Source: the human T2T-CHM13v2.0 reference genome, Homo sapiens
Strand: one strand, 5' to 3'
Assembly (NCBI RefSeq): GCF_009914755.1
Contig: NC_060938.1
Length of the DNA: 64,000 bases
The translations under genes and the position numbers were made by a program. This document shows positions 17,601 through 35,133 of this stretch, piece by piece; within the stretch, counting starts at the first letter, position 1, and every line of letters begins with the position of its first letter. A model generated the notes under the pieces. It was not told the DNA's origin and did no database searches. It saw only the letters and a program-made list of their open reading frames with translations.

Positions 17601-20289
17601 TCTTTCTTTCATTCATTAAATATTTATAGGTCGCCTATTTATTAGGCTAGACACTACAGAAAGATTGAGGGTTGAAGGCAGCTGAGCTCAGAATGAATCC
17701 CACTTGCTGAAAATAACCTCTGTGGAGAAGCCACATTTGGAATATTTATTTTGAGTTTTCTTCCTTTCTTTTTAGAGACAGGGTCTTGCTCTGTTGCATA
17801 GCAGTGATAAAATCATAGCTCACTGCAGCCCCAAACTCCTGGCCTCAAGTGATCCTCCTGCCTGTGCCTCCGCCTCCCGAAGTGCTGGGATTACAGGCAT
17901 GAGCCACGGCATTCGGTTTTCTTTTATTTCTTCAGACTTTAACATTTTTATTGCATTTTATCTTTTCCCCTGGTGCTCCTCAGCAGGATCTAGACTCTTA
18001 CTGAGCACAGTTCTATGCTGAGTGCTGGAAGGAATACAAAGCTGTATGAAGGCCGGGCACGGTGGCTCACACCTGTAATCCAGCCCTTTGGGAGGCCGAG
18101 GCAGGCGGATCACCTGAGGTCAGGAGTTCGAGACCAGCCTGGCCAACATGGTGAAACCATGTCTCTACTAAAAATACAAAAAAAACAAACAAACAAAAAT
18201 TAGCTGGACGTGGTGGTGGGTGCCTGTAATCCCAGCTACTTGGGAGGTTGAGGCAGGAGAATCGCTTGGACCCAGGAGGTGGAGGTTGCAGTAAGCTGAG
18301 ATTGTACCACTCACTCCAGCCTGGGCGACAAGAGTGAGACTCCGTCTCAAAAAAAAAAACAAAAAACAAAAAACAAAAAGCCGCATGAAAAGCTGATCCT
18401 GACTTCTGGGAGCTTGTAATTCAGTTTGGGAGACAAAGCCTATGCAATAAAACATTTAAATAATAACACAAAATAATGCATAATTAAGTGCCAAAGTAAA
18501 TGGTCCAGGTGAAAAAGTTCAGAGGGATGAGAGGCTACTTTAGGCTGACACGGGTGGGGCACTGGAACAGAGGAGGCAGGTCTTTGAGGGACAGGCAGAG
18601 TAAAGAGGACATGCTCAGCTGGTATGCAGGAGAAAAGGGACAAAGCACGGCATAAACGAAAGTGTAGAAAGAGGAGGAATATGCTGATGCAGTATGATCT
18701 GGTGCATAAACTCTCAGTTTCAGCAGTTACATGGTCCTGGGTGTGAATCCAGCCTCAGCACCTTTCTACCTGAGTGGCCCTACATCAATTATTTTACTTG
18801 TATTAAGCCTCAGTTTCCTGATCTGCAAAGTGGGCATAAAGAATGAAACCATGCAAAACAAAGCAGCATCTGGCACAGGGCCAGGCCTCAGTGGCAGCTA
18901 CTGCTATTATTATGATCTCTTTGCAGGGGGAACCCTTGCAGCTGTTCCACCTGAATAGTGGAGAGAGGTGTGTGGCCACGCTGAAACCTGAAACCATAAC
19001 GTAAGAGCCCAAGGGAGACTGGAAACTCTACAGCCATGAACTAAAAGCAGCGTGTGTCAGCCGCAGAATCGGATAACACAACCAAACCACAAATGTGCCT
19101 GCCGCTCAGGCTTTAAAGTTCTACAGCAGAGCAGGACCCACTGTGACTTACTTTGTGTGATGGAGTCAAACCACATTTTTTTTCTTCTTTTTCTCATCAG
19201 ACTTCACAGGAAATATACGTCTTTGTTCAGATTTGAGATAAGGTACCCCTTCACCTTGACTCTCCTTTGCGGCATGAACTCACCCATTAAGTTGCTCACT
19301 TTCTATCCTAGGCCCATATCATCAGCCACTTATATTTAGTAGGCATGTGGGTTTGTATTGCTCTTATGTTAGAGGTGGAATCAAAGCTTTATCTATTAAG
19401 ACATGGTTTGTAGTCAGACTGAGATGACAATCTAAAAAAAGGAGGTGAGAGTCTCCCGGAGGATACAACCAAGTGGGGTGGATTCTGTTGAAGGTTGTTT
19501 ATTTTGCCATCAGTAATCCCCTACAATGCTGTTGCTCAATAATTATTTTAGGTCTCATGACTTTCAACCTAACCTCTGTGCCCACAGAGAGAATCTATAC
19601 TGAGGTGTTGACATGATTTCTTTGCAGCTGTTACAAATTAATAGCCTTGGCTCCCTTCGCATGTTGAACCATTAAAATTGTGAAGACAATTGGCATTAAG
19701 GTATTTCTCAAAGACCCCTCACCCAGTCTAATGGGACCTCTGTCCCGTTCCAGGAGTGCCTATTCCTAGATTTCTTTTTTATTTATTTTATTTATTTTTT
19801 GGTTTTTCCTTTTAAGCCCAAATCTCCCCATATAGGACTAACCTACGGGCCGACACGGTGGCTCACACCTGTAATCCTAGCACTTTGGGAGGCCGAGGCA
19901 GGCAAATCACCTGAGGCCAGGAGCTCGAGGCCAGCCTGGCCAACATGGCGAAACCCCATCTCTACTAAAAATACAAAAATTAGCCAGGCATGGTGGTGCA
20001 CACCTGTAATCCCAGCTACTTGGAAGGCTTAGACAGGAGAATGGTTGAACCCAGGAGGTGGAGGTTGCAGTGAGCCGAGATCATGCCACTGTACTCCAGC
20101 CTGGATGACAGAGCAAGACTCCATCTCAAAAGAAAAAAAAAAGGACTAACCTAAGAATTGATGGTAGGAGGGCATGGAAGGAGGAGTACAAACAATAGCC
20201 CAGTAGGTTGTAGCTTATAGCCAGCGTTCAATAAACTTATCTCAGTATACTGAGAAGGAAGGAAGCAAATATATAATAAACCACCACCA

Positions 20290-20500
20290 CGTTAATGCCT
20301 ACTGTTTGTCAAGCATTTGCCATCCACACACCTTATCTTGTTGTCCTCCAACAACAGTATAAGGAAGGTAGTATTGGTGTGCCCATTTTGCAGAGAAGGA
20401 AACTGAGGCACAGAAAGATTAACTCGTAAGATAAATAGTTTGCAATGAGTAGCAGAGCAGGGATTTGAACCCAGGGAGTCGAGCTCCAGGGCTGGTGTTG
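20290..20500 (-). mobile_element. MIR
   Basis: CCCATTTTGCAGAGAAGGAAACTGAGGCACAGA..GGATTTGAACCCAGG. Confidence 0.8.
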
Positions 20501-21443
20501 TCAAATGCTACTAAGATATGTGTATTTTATCAGGAGGAAGCAGAGGGAGAAGAGGCACTGTAAAGAAATAGAAGGGTGTCTTGGGAGCTTAAGCTTTGGC
20601 CTATAGCACGATGCTGTCCCAGTCACAAACAGAGCCCCAGCCCAGATGGACAAGGCCACATCCTGACAAATACCCAGAAGTAAGACAGTCACAGTTTTGT
20701 ACCCACTCTCTGTCCCCATCCTTTGCTGTTCTTGTGGGGCCAGCCAGGTTCCAGCTGAGTTGTAAACTTGTAGTATGGCTCTAGCTAGCCTAAGGGATTA
20801 GTGGAGCCATCTCTGGCTCATTGAGCTCCAGAGTGGCCAGTGAGAGCCTGGAAGTTGGATCAGATGACACTTCTGGAGGCATGGGCTATGGTCCCAAGGG
20901 TCCCCAGTAACTGGACAAGGGCCTTGGATCCCCAGCCTAATATGGAAGCGTCTCAAGACCCTTCTCTGGTCTTGTGTCTTCACTGACCCTGAGGAAAGGG
21001 CCTCCATTTTGCTTTAGATAGTTTAGCACAGTCTGGGAAGTCAGCCATTTCTGAGTTTGAATCTCATTTATTGCCTGTGCTGAGTTGGGAAAGTTAACTT
21101 CTCTATGCCTCTACTGCTTTTTTAAAAAACTAAAAATATAGAAGGCTGGACGCAGGGGCTCACACCTGTAATCCCAGCACTTCGGGAGGCCAAGGTGGGT
21201 GGATCATGAGGTCAAGAGATTGAGACCATGCTGGCCAACACGGTGAAACCCCGTCCCTACTAAAAATACAAAAAAATTAGCTGGATGTGGTGGCAGGCAC
21301 CTGTAGTCCCAGCTACTTGGGAGGCTGAAGCAGGAGAATTGCTTGAAGTGGGAGGTGGGGGTTGCAGTGAGCTGAGGTTGCGCCACTGCACTCCAGCCTG
21401 GTGACAGAGCGAGACTCAGTCTCAAAAAAAAAAAAAAAAAAAT

Positions 21444-21482
<39 letters not shown>

Positions 21483-22739
21483 CTGGGTCTTGCCATGTTG
21501 CCCAGGCTGCTCTTGAACCCCTGGCCTCGAGCAATCTCTGTGCTTCCATATCTTCATCTGTCAAAGGGGATAGTATAAGAACCTACCTCACAGGGTTGTT
21601 TTAAGGACAAAGTAAACGAATTCCTATCAGTCACATAAAGCACACTTGGCACTCAGTAAACGTGGGTGATGGTAATGAACTACACCTTGCTTCCGTTTAA
21701 GAAGTCATTCTAACTGTCTCAAGCCCCACAATGCACATTATCTCATCCGGGTAGGGAGCGGCCCCAGGAACAAAGCCTATGGCTTTGCCAGGCCCTGCAG
21801 CCATGTGCTCAGGTCTCTCCTGGAGAGGAAATGGTTTCATTATTCAGCTGTCTAGGTCATGGCCACTTTCTTCAGGGCAGGGCTGTCTGTGGCCTTGCCT
21901 GCTCGACATGCTTGGTTATGCCCAGCATGCCAGCCTGGCTCTGCCGGCCCCCAGCGTGTGAAGGAGCACAGAGAGGCATAAGCCTGCCTGCCGGGAAGAA
22001 TGCTCATTCATGACAGGTCCATAGCGTCATAATGCTAGGCCTTGTTCTTGCCCCTGGAGCAGGTGAGGAGCCCATGGAAGCTAGTGCACTTCTGAAGATC
22101 CTTTCGTTGATCTGGCTGGATGACCATGACTGTGACCTTCAGCCAGGAAATCCCTGCATTCAAGGGAAGGCTGCCCCAGGGTCCAGGGCAAGGGCAATGT
22201 TTAGGCTAGTAGAAAGGCCCTTTCTGGCTGGGTGCGGTGGCTCACACCTGTAATCCCAACATTTTGGGAGGCTAAGGCGGGCCATCGCTTGAGCCCAAGA
22301 GTTTGAGACCAGCCTGGGCAACATGGTGAAACCCCATCTCTACAAAAAATACAAAAATTGGCCTGGTGTGGTGGTGGGGGCTTGTAGTCCCAGCTATTCA
22401 GGAGGATGAGGAGGGAGGATCACTTGAGCCTGGGAGGTCAAGGCTGCTGTGAGCTAGGATAAAGTCACTGCATTTCAGTGACTGCATTTCAGTGATTTTC
22501 AGCCTGGGAAAGACAGCGAGACCCTGTCTCAGAAAAAAGAAAGGCCCTTTCCAAAGTTGACTTGGGAGCCTCAGAAGGGAAGCATAGAGATGACAGGGCG
22601 GGTCTGGGGTGCTGTGTCTGTGTCTGCTGTCTAAGGCATCTAGCCACCGGCACAGCAGGGCTCTCCAGGAACATCGCTACCATTCTGGTTCTGAGATGTG
22701 TTCCAGAGGTTCTGGTTCCGCTTCCGTATGGGTTCCAGA

Positions 22740-22955
22740 CTTCCTTCCGTTGAATCCTAGCACTGTCATTTATCAACTGTGTGACCTTTGAAAATCTCCT
22801 TAACCTCTCTGCCTCCATTTCTCATCTGTAAGAGGGGATGACAATAATCTACTCACCTACTCACCTCTTTATGTTGTTTTGAGGCTTAAATGAGTTTTTA
22901 CAAAAATGCTTAGAACAGTGCCTGGCATGTAGTAGCATAAATATTTGCTGTTATT
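22740..22955 (+). mobile_element. MIR
   Basis: TGTGTGACCTTTG..CTTAACCTCTCTGCCTCCATTTCTCATCTGTAA..GCTTAGAACAGTGCCTGGCA. Confidence 0.8.
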
Positions 22956-23200
22956 TTTCACATGCTAGAGATTTTAGTTCTGGATGGAGGCTCATCTAAG
23001 TAAGGGGGCAAATCCAGAGTTCTAGACTAAGTCTATTTGACCTTGAAGTCTGTTTTCCTTGAAAGCTACCACCTTGTATAAAAAGAACCCCTAATTTGTA
23101 TGCTTTAGGAGAGACCATATTTCAATTTTGGGGACACCAGTCCTTCAAGGTACAGCACAGTTGCCTGACCTCAGAATTTTTTTTTTTTTTTTTTTTTTGA

Positions 23201-23359
<159 letters not shown>

Positions 23360-25238
23360 TAGTAGAGATGGGGTTTCTCCATGTTGGTCAGGCTGTTTTC
23401 AAACTCCTGACCTCTGGTGATCCGCCCGCCTTGGCCTCCCAAAGTGCTGGGATTACAGGCATGAGCTACTGCGCTTGGTCCAGAATTTTCTTTTCTTTTC
23501 TTTTCTTTTTTTTAACAAACAAGGTATTGCTCTGTCTCCCAGTCTGGAGTGTAGTAGCATGATCATAACTCACTGCAGTCTAGGCCTCCTTGGCTCAAGT
23601 GGTCCGCCTGCCTCAGCCTCCCAAAGTGCTAGAATTATAGGTATGAGCCACTGTGCCTGGACAGATTTTGTTTTAGAAGCAGGAGTTAAGTGTCCATGAG
23701 TAGTAGGAACTCAGGTAATCCAGCCCAAATGGACTTGATCAACCATCCCCTGATCCCGGATCTCAGCGTGATGGGAGTCTAGGAAACCTGCCCTTTGACC
23801 TGAATCTGGATGACGTTAGTAATACAGGAATAGGTGAAATGCCAGCCACACCTGGCTGGCCCATGAAAAGGAAATACTTCCCACGCTTTGCTTTTGCACA
23901 CCAAGGGCCCCCAGGTAAAGGCATCCAGGGTGCAAGCCGCCTGCTTTAATGCCCGGGTGTGGCTGCAGGAACAACCCAGTACAAACTGGAGTGAACCTGT
24001 TGCCCTCTTCCTTCCCTGCTGCCAAGCCAAACAGAACACAGGGAACACAAATAGAATCATCACAGTAAACCAGCTGTTGGAGCCAGACACTGGGAGAACC
24101 CACTCCCTGGCACTGCCACCCCATTCACGGGTCCAGACATGATGAAGTGCTCTGAGGGCTGAGGAAGGTGTGGCCCGTGGGCATTCCTGTCCAGCAAGAA
24201 CCCCTCTGGCTTGTCTGTATTCATTGCCACCCACATGGACCTCTCTATGGTTGCTTGCCAAAGCCGGGAGGGAGAAGGGTCTCCCCTTCCTCCAAGCCCA
24301 GGATCACCGGGAAATGCCCTTCCCACCTACTGGACTTGACTAATGCTGCTTGTCAAGAAGGGAACTCTTCAGACACATAAAAATCCTAAAGGTAGCTGAG
24401 GTTTGAAAGAATTCGTGCTGGACGTGCTTCCCTGCAGGGTCAGGCATTGGGGAGGAGGGAGAAGAGGAAGGAGGAGCTGGTTGTAAGTGACAGCTGCAGA
24501 TAAATCTGTGTGGAGCTGTCCAGGGAGCTGTTGAACTCAGGTAGTGCCCTCCCTAGCCTGGGGCAGGTCAGAGTCTCCCCGAACCACCCAAACCTTTCTG
24601 CTGCGTGTGCTCTGGGGCATGTCTCTCTTTGCCTCCTTGGATCTTGAGCCAATGAGGAAATATAGGCTAGTCCCAGAAGGCAGGGATGAATTTGTGTTCT
24701 TTGTGGTGTCAGCACCTTTTCATGAAGCTCTAGCAGATCTCACAATCTTCCCTTCTTTAAAAAAAAAAAGAAAAAGAAAAAAGTTTGGAAAAGGGGGCTA
24801 GAGTCTCCCTATGGAAAAGAAAGCTCGTGGAATGATCCAAGTGGAGGTTTTCCATGCATTCCATGGCATCATTGGAGATGTCCTGGCTCTGTACTTACTT
24901 AACTACTTGAATCTCAGTTTCTTCCGTTGTAAAAGTGGGCACATGAAGACCTAGTTCTCATGGATATTAACAGGATAAAACGAGATAACACATAGAGTAC
25001 TCTCAAGTACTCTACATAGTCCTAGCATATCAAAAGTATTAGATAAATCTTGCCTTTATTTTCTCCTTCTCATACACTGTGTCAGTGGCTTGCTGGGTCC
25101 TTGATTAGCCTGAAGGACTGAAAGAGAGACCTCAAGAGAGAGAATGGCAAAGTAAATACGACCATCTTATTCGAACTTAACTCTGCATTTCAAGTAGGGA
25201 GATAAGAAGGACTGCTGTTCCACTTCTTTTCTAGATGA

Positions 25239-25570
<332 letters not shown>

Positions 25571-25883
25571 TAGAGGTAAATTGCATCAGTGCTTTCCCAT
25601 CTGAAACAAAACACAAACCACTTCATTTCCATGTCAAAAACTGATTCAATCTAATCTACCCATAAATCAGGCTTTCTCATTAACCTGAATTTGAAGTTTC
25701 TCTCTTTTCCAGCTGCTTTTATGCTCTAGGTGGAGTTTAGAAAAGAGAAGTCTAGCTTAACCATTCGTTGACAGAAAAAAGTAGAAATTGTCATTTCTTC
25801 CCTGAAAATACCAGAATTAGTAAATTGCTACCTTGCCCATAATCCTGTAATAAGCAGAATCTGCATTATGGTTGGATATATAG

Positions 25884-26272
<389 letters not shown>

Positions 26273-27309
26273 TGAGTCAGAGTCTGTCGCCCAGCCTGGA
26301 GGGCAGTGGTGGGATCTTGGCTCACTGCAATCTCTGCCTTCCAGGCTCAAGCAATTCTCCTGCCTCAGCCTCCTGAGTAGCTGGGACTACAGGCCTGCAC
26401 TACCACACCTGGCTAACTTTTGTATTTTTAGGAGACAGGGTTTCACCATGTTGGCCAGGCTGGTCTCGAACTCCTGGCTTCAAGTGATTCGCCTGCCTCC
26501 CAAAGTGATGGGATTACAGGCGTGAGCCACTGTGCCCGGCCAGGGTTTTTTTTTCCTGAAGGGCTGATCATGGCTTTGTTCCACTCACTGTGCCCTTCTT
26601 CCTCTGCTTGGAACTGGACAGAAGTTCCAATAAGCTACTGTCTTCTATTAAGTAAGGACCAGACATGAAAAACTTTATGGTGGGGATGAGTGGATGGGGC
26701 AAGGGTTTGGGGAGCAATGATCAACTGGGTAAAATCCTGGGGAGTGGCAATTGAGTGGGAAGGGAGTCAAGAAGTGTTTAGGGAAGGATGTCGGGGAAGT
26801 GAGTAATAGGTAGGTCAGAGGATGGAGCAAGGGAATGTTGAAAGGCAACGGATATGCTCTGTGGACAGGTGGCAAAATATCTGAATGGGGGCCCAGGGAG
26901 GGCTACTATGGAGTAACAGGGAAGGGACCCTGAGGTGCTGATTTCTCAGAGATAGACAATGGGATTGGATATGTGTTGGTGGAGGAATGCAGAAAGCCCA
27001 GGCCAACTCCGAATGCCATTCATTTACATGAAATCCCTCTTTATGCCTCCACCATCTGCAACAGACTATGTGCTCACCCAAATGGCTTGCTTTTAATTCC
27101 AGCAAATAATATCCCCTCTGCTTTCCCCCAAATACAAAAGACACCATTTAAATTCAGCCAGGATGGAAGATCATGATATTTGGAGAAAATTCAAAGTCTG
27201 GGCCGCTCAGCTGTGCCTTATCATTCAAAAGTTACATTTTGTTCAGGTTGGCTGGCTTCACATGGTCATCTCAACTTTTCACTCCTGTTTCTTTCTTCTT
27301 TTTTTTTGA

Positions 27310-27680
<371 letters not shown>

Positions 27681-28049
27681 TGACGAAAAGGGAGGCTGGC
27701 ACGCAGAGAGATTTCTCACACTCTGTTGGCTTGTGCAGTTGAGACAAAATTAAGCAATGTAGAAATTTAAGCTTCAGTTTTTAATGACCTAGGTTTTTCC
27801 AGGCCTTCCCATTTTGGAGTATCACAGTACTCAGGGATTTCTGAGTTTTCTCTCCCTTCCAGAGGAACTATTCTTGAATGGGATTATTAAGCACCCCTTC
27901 CTCAATTCTTCAACAAAGCTCCGAGGAATGAATGTCTCAAGTTCTGCTGCTTTTAAAGTATAAAAGATAAATTCAAAGTTCCTTATGCTTCTCCTTTCTG
28001 GGAGAATTCTGGGTTTTACTCCAACAGTGGGAAAGTTTTCTAAGCTGGT

Positions 28050-28880
28050 TTTGCTCCTGTCTCATGGGCAAGGCAGTTTGGTCGGTGGCTGTTCTGTGGG
28101 CTGCTGTCTGGAGGAGACGGTCGGTGGAGACGGTCGGTCGGGGAGGTCACCCTGACAATTATGGCCAACTGACGGTGGAGGGAGTGGTCTCGGTTTGGCC
28201 CTCAGTCTGGAGTCACAGTCTGGATTCACAGGCAGCGCAGAGAGATGTTGGCTCAGGACCTGAGGCTGAGGCGTGCTGGGACAGCCTAGGGGGTGTCCTG
28301 GCTTTCCAGGGGCTGGGGAACCCTCTCTGGCCCGGGGGCGGGAGAAGCTGTTCCAGAATCGGTTCTGGCTCCACTGCCACCTCAGCACTTTCTAATTGCA
28401 GCTCCAAACAGCCGCAGCTGCAGTCATAGCAACAGGCCCCGCCCACCGGGCTTCGCTCCTGGCGTCCAGCACGTGACGGCGACGCCTGCGTCGCTCCCTC
28501 AGCCCCTGGCGCTAAGGGAGGCGGGGAAGTGTGGGGGGATGACGTTTACTCTGTCGTCTCCATGGATATAATGCATAGACGTCAACGTCGCCAGTGTTTG
28601 GTGTGTAACGTTCTTCCGTCTCCATGGGAACGTCAGGCGGCCAAACACCGGGCCCCAGCAACAGGCTTCTGATTGGCCCGAGGCTTCCAAAGGCGGAGCT
28701 TCGTCTCCCGCGCCCGCTCGACTGTGTTGCTGTTTTGGTTGTTGTCTCCCACTTGTTTATTTCTCTAACAGATCCTGGAGGCTGAGGTCTAGATCGGTCG
28801 CCAAGGATGGGATCCAGGAGAAAACGTGCTGAACGTGCAGCTTGCTCCTACCGATTACAGCCCAGCAGATGACATAGTTC
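28050..28880. promoter_or_regulatory. CpG-rich FOS distal enhancer / eRNA promoter (~-20 kb)
   Basis: CpG-island-like. GC box 28436, CACGTGAC 28470, TGACGTTTAC 28540, AGACGTCAACGTC 28578, RFX-like boxes at 28420/28556/28618, CCAAT box (CTGATTGG) 28669. Confidence 0.8.
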
Positions 28881-30373
28881 CACTGTGCTCTAGTCCATTG
28901 TGGGAATTATGGCCCTCATGCCCGGCGTCTGTCACAACCCAATATTTGGTGTTATAACCCCTGCTCCCACCCCCCAGCACATCTCAGAAGTGCCGTTACC
29001 CTCTCAGTCACATCCCAGAAACTGTGTTGCCTTCACGGTTACTCTTGTTTATGCTTGAGAGCACTCGGAGGCCTTTCCATATCTAAAGCCTGCATTCAGT
29101 GCTACCCCCTGCAGGATTTGGATACATTTCCCCGTCTGGTCCTAATTCTGTTGAATGACATCATTTATCCGTATTCCCACCCAGAGATGGGCAGATTTCT
29201 TGTAACCTGAATAGATACCAAAGAATCCCAAAGGACCTGGGTGGGTACTTCTATTTATGGGCTCATTGGATCTTATTCTTTCCTCTCCGCCTGTTTTAAT
29301 TCAAATCGGGGGGACCATTTGATTTCTCCAATAGAAACAGAAAGAAATTGAAGACAGAGATGAACACAGATCAAGAGCCCAGGTTTCTTGATATCTAATA
29401 CTAATATACTGATGGAGTTAAACATTCCAAGGTACGAATGTGTCCAGAAACAGTTTTAACCTTACCCTGGGTTTCCATCAGTGAAACCAAGTTAACATCT
29501 GGCAAAAGATAGCGATCTAGCCTCAGGGGTTTCAGTCAAGTTGCGCTTAAAAGAATGCCTTAAAATCTGTAGTTATGGTGTCAAATATAATAAATCTTCA
29601 CCAGCTCATGCACGTACAAGTCTGAAATGTTTCATAAAAGGTTTAGATGACCTGATAACATGTTTCTAAAACCCAGAGAGAAAGAGAGAGACTGATACAA
29701 ACGTCAAGTTAAAAACAAGAAAGTAAAATTAGTTTCATAGATTGGGGTTGATAAGGGGAATCTCTGTCCTCTATGCTCTAATCTTAGCCCACTACCTCCT
29801 TTCCTCTATCTCCTCTGGTGGATATGCTTGCTATCTGTCCTCCCCTCCGACTCTTTGGCTAGCCTTATAGCCTATAATTTCCTTCAGAGATGTAGTGAAA
29901 TTAAATGAAATTAAGAGCCTGCTTAATGCAAACAGGACCAAAGGGCACAGCTCTTTATCGTAATGAACTTCATTCTGATTAAGTCAGGGACTGCAAGTGC
30001 TTACTATTTACCCAGTAAATATATTAAATTGCTAGGCTAGTCTCCCTTCTGTCCTGACACTGCCAGGGAATATTTGAAAGTCGGATATAAGATCCATTTT
30101 AGACCATCAAACATCCCTTCTAATTCTATCATCTCTCTTTATGTTTCCAGGAATATAGCATGTCTTGGTCTCTGAGAGCCAATATATCTGGGTTACACTG
30201 AAAGAGGAATAACGAGATAATATTTACACTGTACATTGAAGATGACCTGAAAAGCTGGAAGAGGTGACTGAGGGCATTTTCTCAGTGTGGATGAAGAAGA
30301 GGGGAGGAAGGTGAAAGATGACAGAATATCTAAGTGCCTAGATTTGATTCTAGCATATGAACCCATTTTATGA

Positions 30374-31057
<684 letters not shown>

Positions 31058-31771
31058 TGAACTCATGAGCTCAGGCAATCCACCTGCCTCAGCCTCCCAA
31101 AGTGCTAGGATTACAGACGTGAGCCACCACAGCCGGCCAGGCCAGTTCTTTCTTTTTGTTTGACCCAAACATGGTCATGGGCCATGATGTGGGACCCAGC
31201 GAATTTTTAGTCTAGGAAATACCAAATAGATATCGTTTTGATTGTATCGTGAGAAGCAGTTTGTTTCATATATGCTTGCATGCGCACACACATGCATATT
31301 CTTTTGCTGCCTTGTGTTTCGGCTGAGCCTCTCTGTTTAGATGACCAGATTCAACATAAGGACCATGATGTCCTTCTATGTTGCTGACTTCCTTAAACCA
31401 CAAGATGATTAATTTCCCCAACCTATTTCCTCATCTATAAAATGGGGTCTGGACAACTCACTGACCCCACACGTTTGCTTTGACCCAAGAGGATTGCAAT
31501 GATACAGTGATTATTAGTTGGTGGTGTGGAAATACTAAATGCTGCATAAATGCTTGATTATTATTTGTGGGTATATTTTCCCTCAACACCTCTCCATCTT
31601 AGTGCTGAGTGAAGCCTCCACTTGCCAGGTTTCCCTGGCAAAGAAGAGGCCTTGGCCCAGGCCAGGATGTGTAGGAGCTGTGACCTACCTGGCCTTTCAA
31701 GGCCCAGGTTCACACTATCCTCCTTCACATCTCAGCCATGATAGAATTCACTCTTCCACTCATGCTGGCTA

Positions 31772-32008
<237 letters not shown>

Positions 32009-32827
32009 TTAGGAGGGTCATACTAGGTCATGCTTGTGGAAGGGCTTCAAAAACCGTAAGTCAGAGGGTATTTTAAAGTTTAAAAATATTCTGCAAGATG
32101 AGGTGGTCTGTAAATGGAGCAGTGTCAAGGTCAAGTGTCAAGAGATGTAATTCATAGAGAGACTGGATAAATGCCCATCTATGTGATTTGATATGCCCTA
32201 TGCCAAGGAATGCTCCCTCACTGTCCCTAAAATTCCATCATCAGCAATATATTTCTTTGGATTAAGCATTTGCCATTCCCTTTGGGTCCTACTCTTAAAA
32301 GACAAATTCTCTTGTGAGCAGTAGGCTCCTGAAATTTAATGTAAATTACATTACCAGACATGTTCCTCCCCGACAGGTGAGATGGCACCAGACAGGTGCA
32401 CTGGGCTCTTGGGTAGGTCTGAGAAATGAGATGCTGGAATCCTAGAGATTATTCATTTTAGTCAAAGTCAACCTTCATGGTGTACCAGTTGCTGACACAG
32501 GACCCTCGGAACCCACCCAGCAGACCCGTAGTTCCACTCACAGATGAGGGGGGAAATGCTTCTCCCCATCCTCACCTAAAACCTCCGAAGACACCACTGC
32601 AGTCATCCAGAGACTCCCATATACTATAGGGGCAAGCAAAGTTTTTTTTACAAGTTTGGGAATTGACATGGGTTGCCAACTTTGAATTTTACCGAACAAC
32701 AATTACTACTTATTATCACTATCATTTCATAAATGAGAAGACATTTTAACACTAAAAAAGTCAAAAGGACATTATCTGGCTGGGTACGGTGGTACACACC
32801 TGCAATCCCAGCACTTTGGGAGGCTTA

Positions 32828-33064
<237 letters not shown>

Positions 33065-33902
33065 TCAAAAAAAAAAAAAAAAAGGACATTATTTAAAACT
33101 GAAGGATAGTCCTTTTAAATCAAAGATATGTAGCTGTATGCAAATTCCCTGCTTTGTCTTTATTTTTCCTATTTACCTTGGACACTCCTGTTTCTTCTTC
33201 AGTATTTATGGGGTGGTGCTGACAGTGACAAAGAGCAGATAGAGAAATCAAGGAGAGGTAAAAATTTAACTCAAGAATTAATGTTCCTGATAAGATGACC
33301 ACTTCTCACACGATGCTTCTTTGGGTCACCAGTTTCTTTGTTAAAGGAGAGTAACATAATCTCACCAGAATGGGTTCTGATATGGGGAATATAATACTTT
33401 GAATAATTCTCTTGGAATTACTTCCACTCTGGGCAGATCAGTTTGTTTTCAGTGAGTCCATTCCTTGCTGGGACCATGCTGCACCACCTGAACACTTCTG
33501 GTTTTACCTGGCGAGGTGGGATTGTTGACTTCCCAAAGCCTGATCTAGCCAGATCAGATGGGGCAGAGTGTTAGGGACTGGCATGGTTCCTCCCAGAGGA
33601 GGGAACAAACCTGCCTTCCAGCTGGTGTCCCAGGTAGGTACAGGAGACGCTGGCAAAGCAGGTTTAACCAGCATCTTGGGCAAGATTTGGCGCATACTGT
33701 TTTCCTGCCTCCAGTGTCCCCTAGCAAAACTGGAAGCATTCTATATTTTCTGTGGTTGCATATGAACCCAATGCAACCAGCACAACATAGATAAATTTTT
33801 CTCCAAAGCCCAATGTCTCTAGAAGCTGAGCCTATATTTTAATTCCAAGCAACATTAGCATAATTAAGGCCCATGAGATTGAGTTTCTCTCTTTTTTTTT
33901 GA

Positions 33903-34184
<282 letters not shown>

Positions 34185-34527
34185 TGAGTTTCTCTCTTAT
34201 TAGTCATTCCCTGGTAGGTACTTAGGGAAATAAATTTACTTATGCAGGTCACCAGAGCACTATCAACTACACTGGGGAAATATTTAGCCCAATTATATGG
34301 TGTGGATTAGAAAATTATAAGATCATTATTTTAAAAATTATATTGAATTGGCTGGGTGTGGTGGCTCACGCCTGTAATCCCAGTACTTTGGGAGGCTGGG
34401 GTGGGAAAATTTGCTTGAGCCAGGAGTTTGAGATCAGCCTGAGCAACATAGTGAGATCCCATCTCTACTAAAAAAAAAAATTATTGAACCTATTCAACCA
34501 AAATAGTGGAATAATATACCTACATCA

Positions 34528-35133
<606 letters not shown>

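Noticed and set aside
23779-24261. 160-aa minus-strand ORF in unique sequence
   Set aside because: No recognisable domain or exon structure; length is compatible with chance at this GC content.
28213-28446. 77-aa minus-strand ORF with a Cys-rich start (MGGACCYDCSCGC)
   Set aside because: Starts at GTG, overlaps transcription-factor motifs of the enhancer, and shows no homology I recognise.
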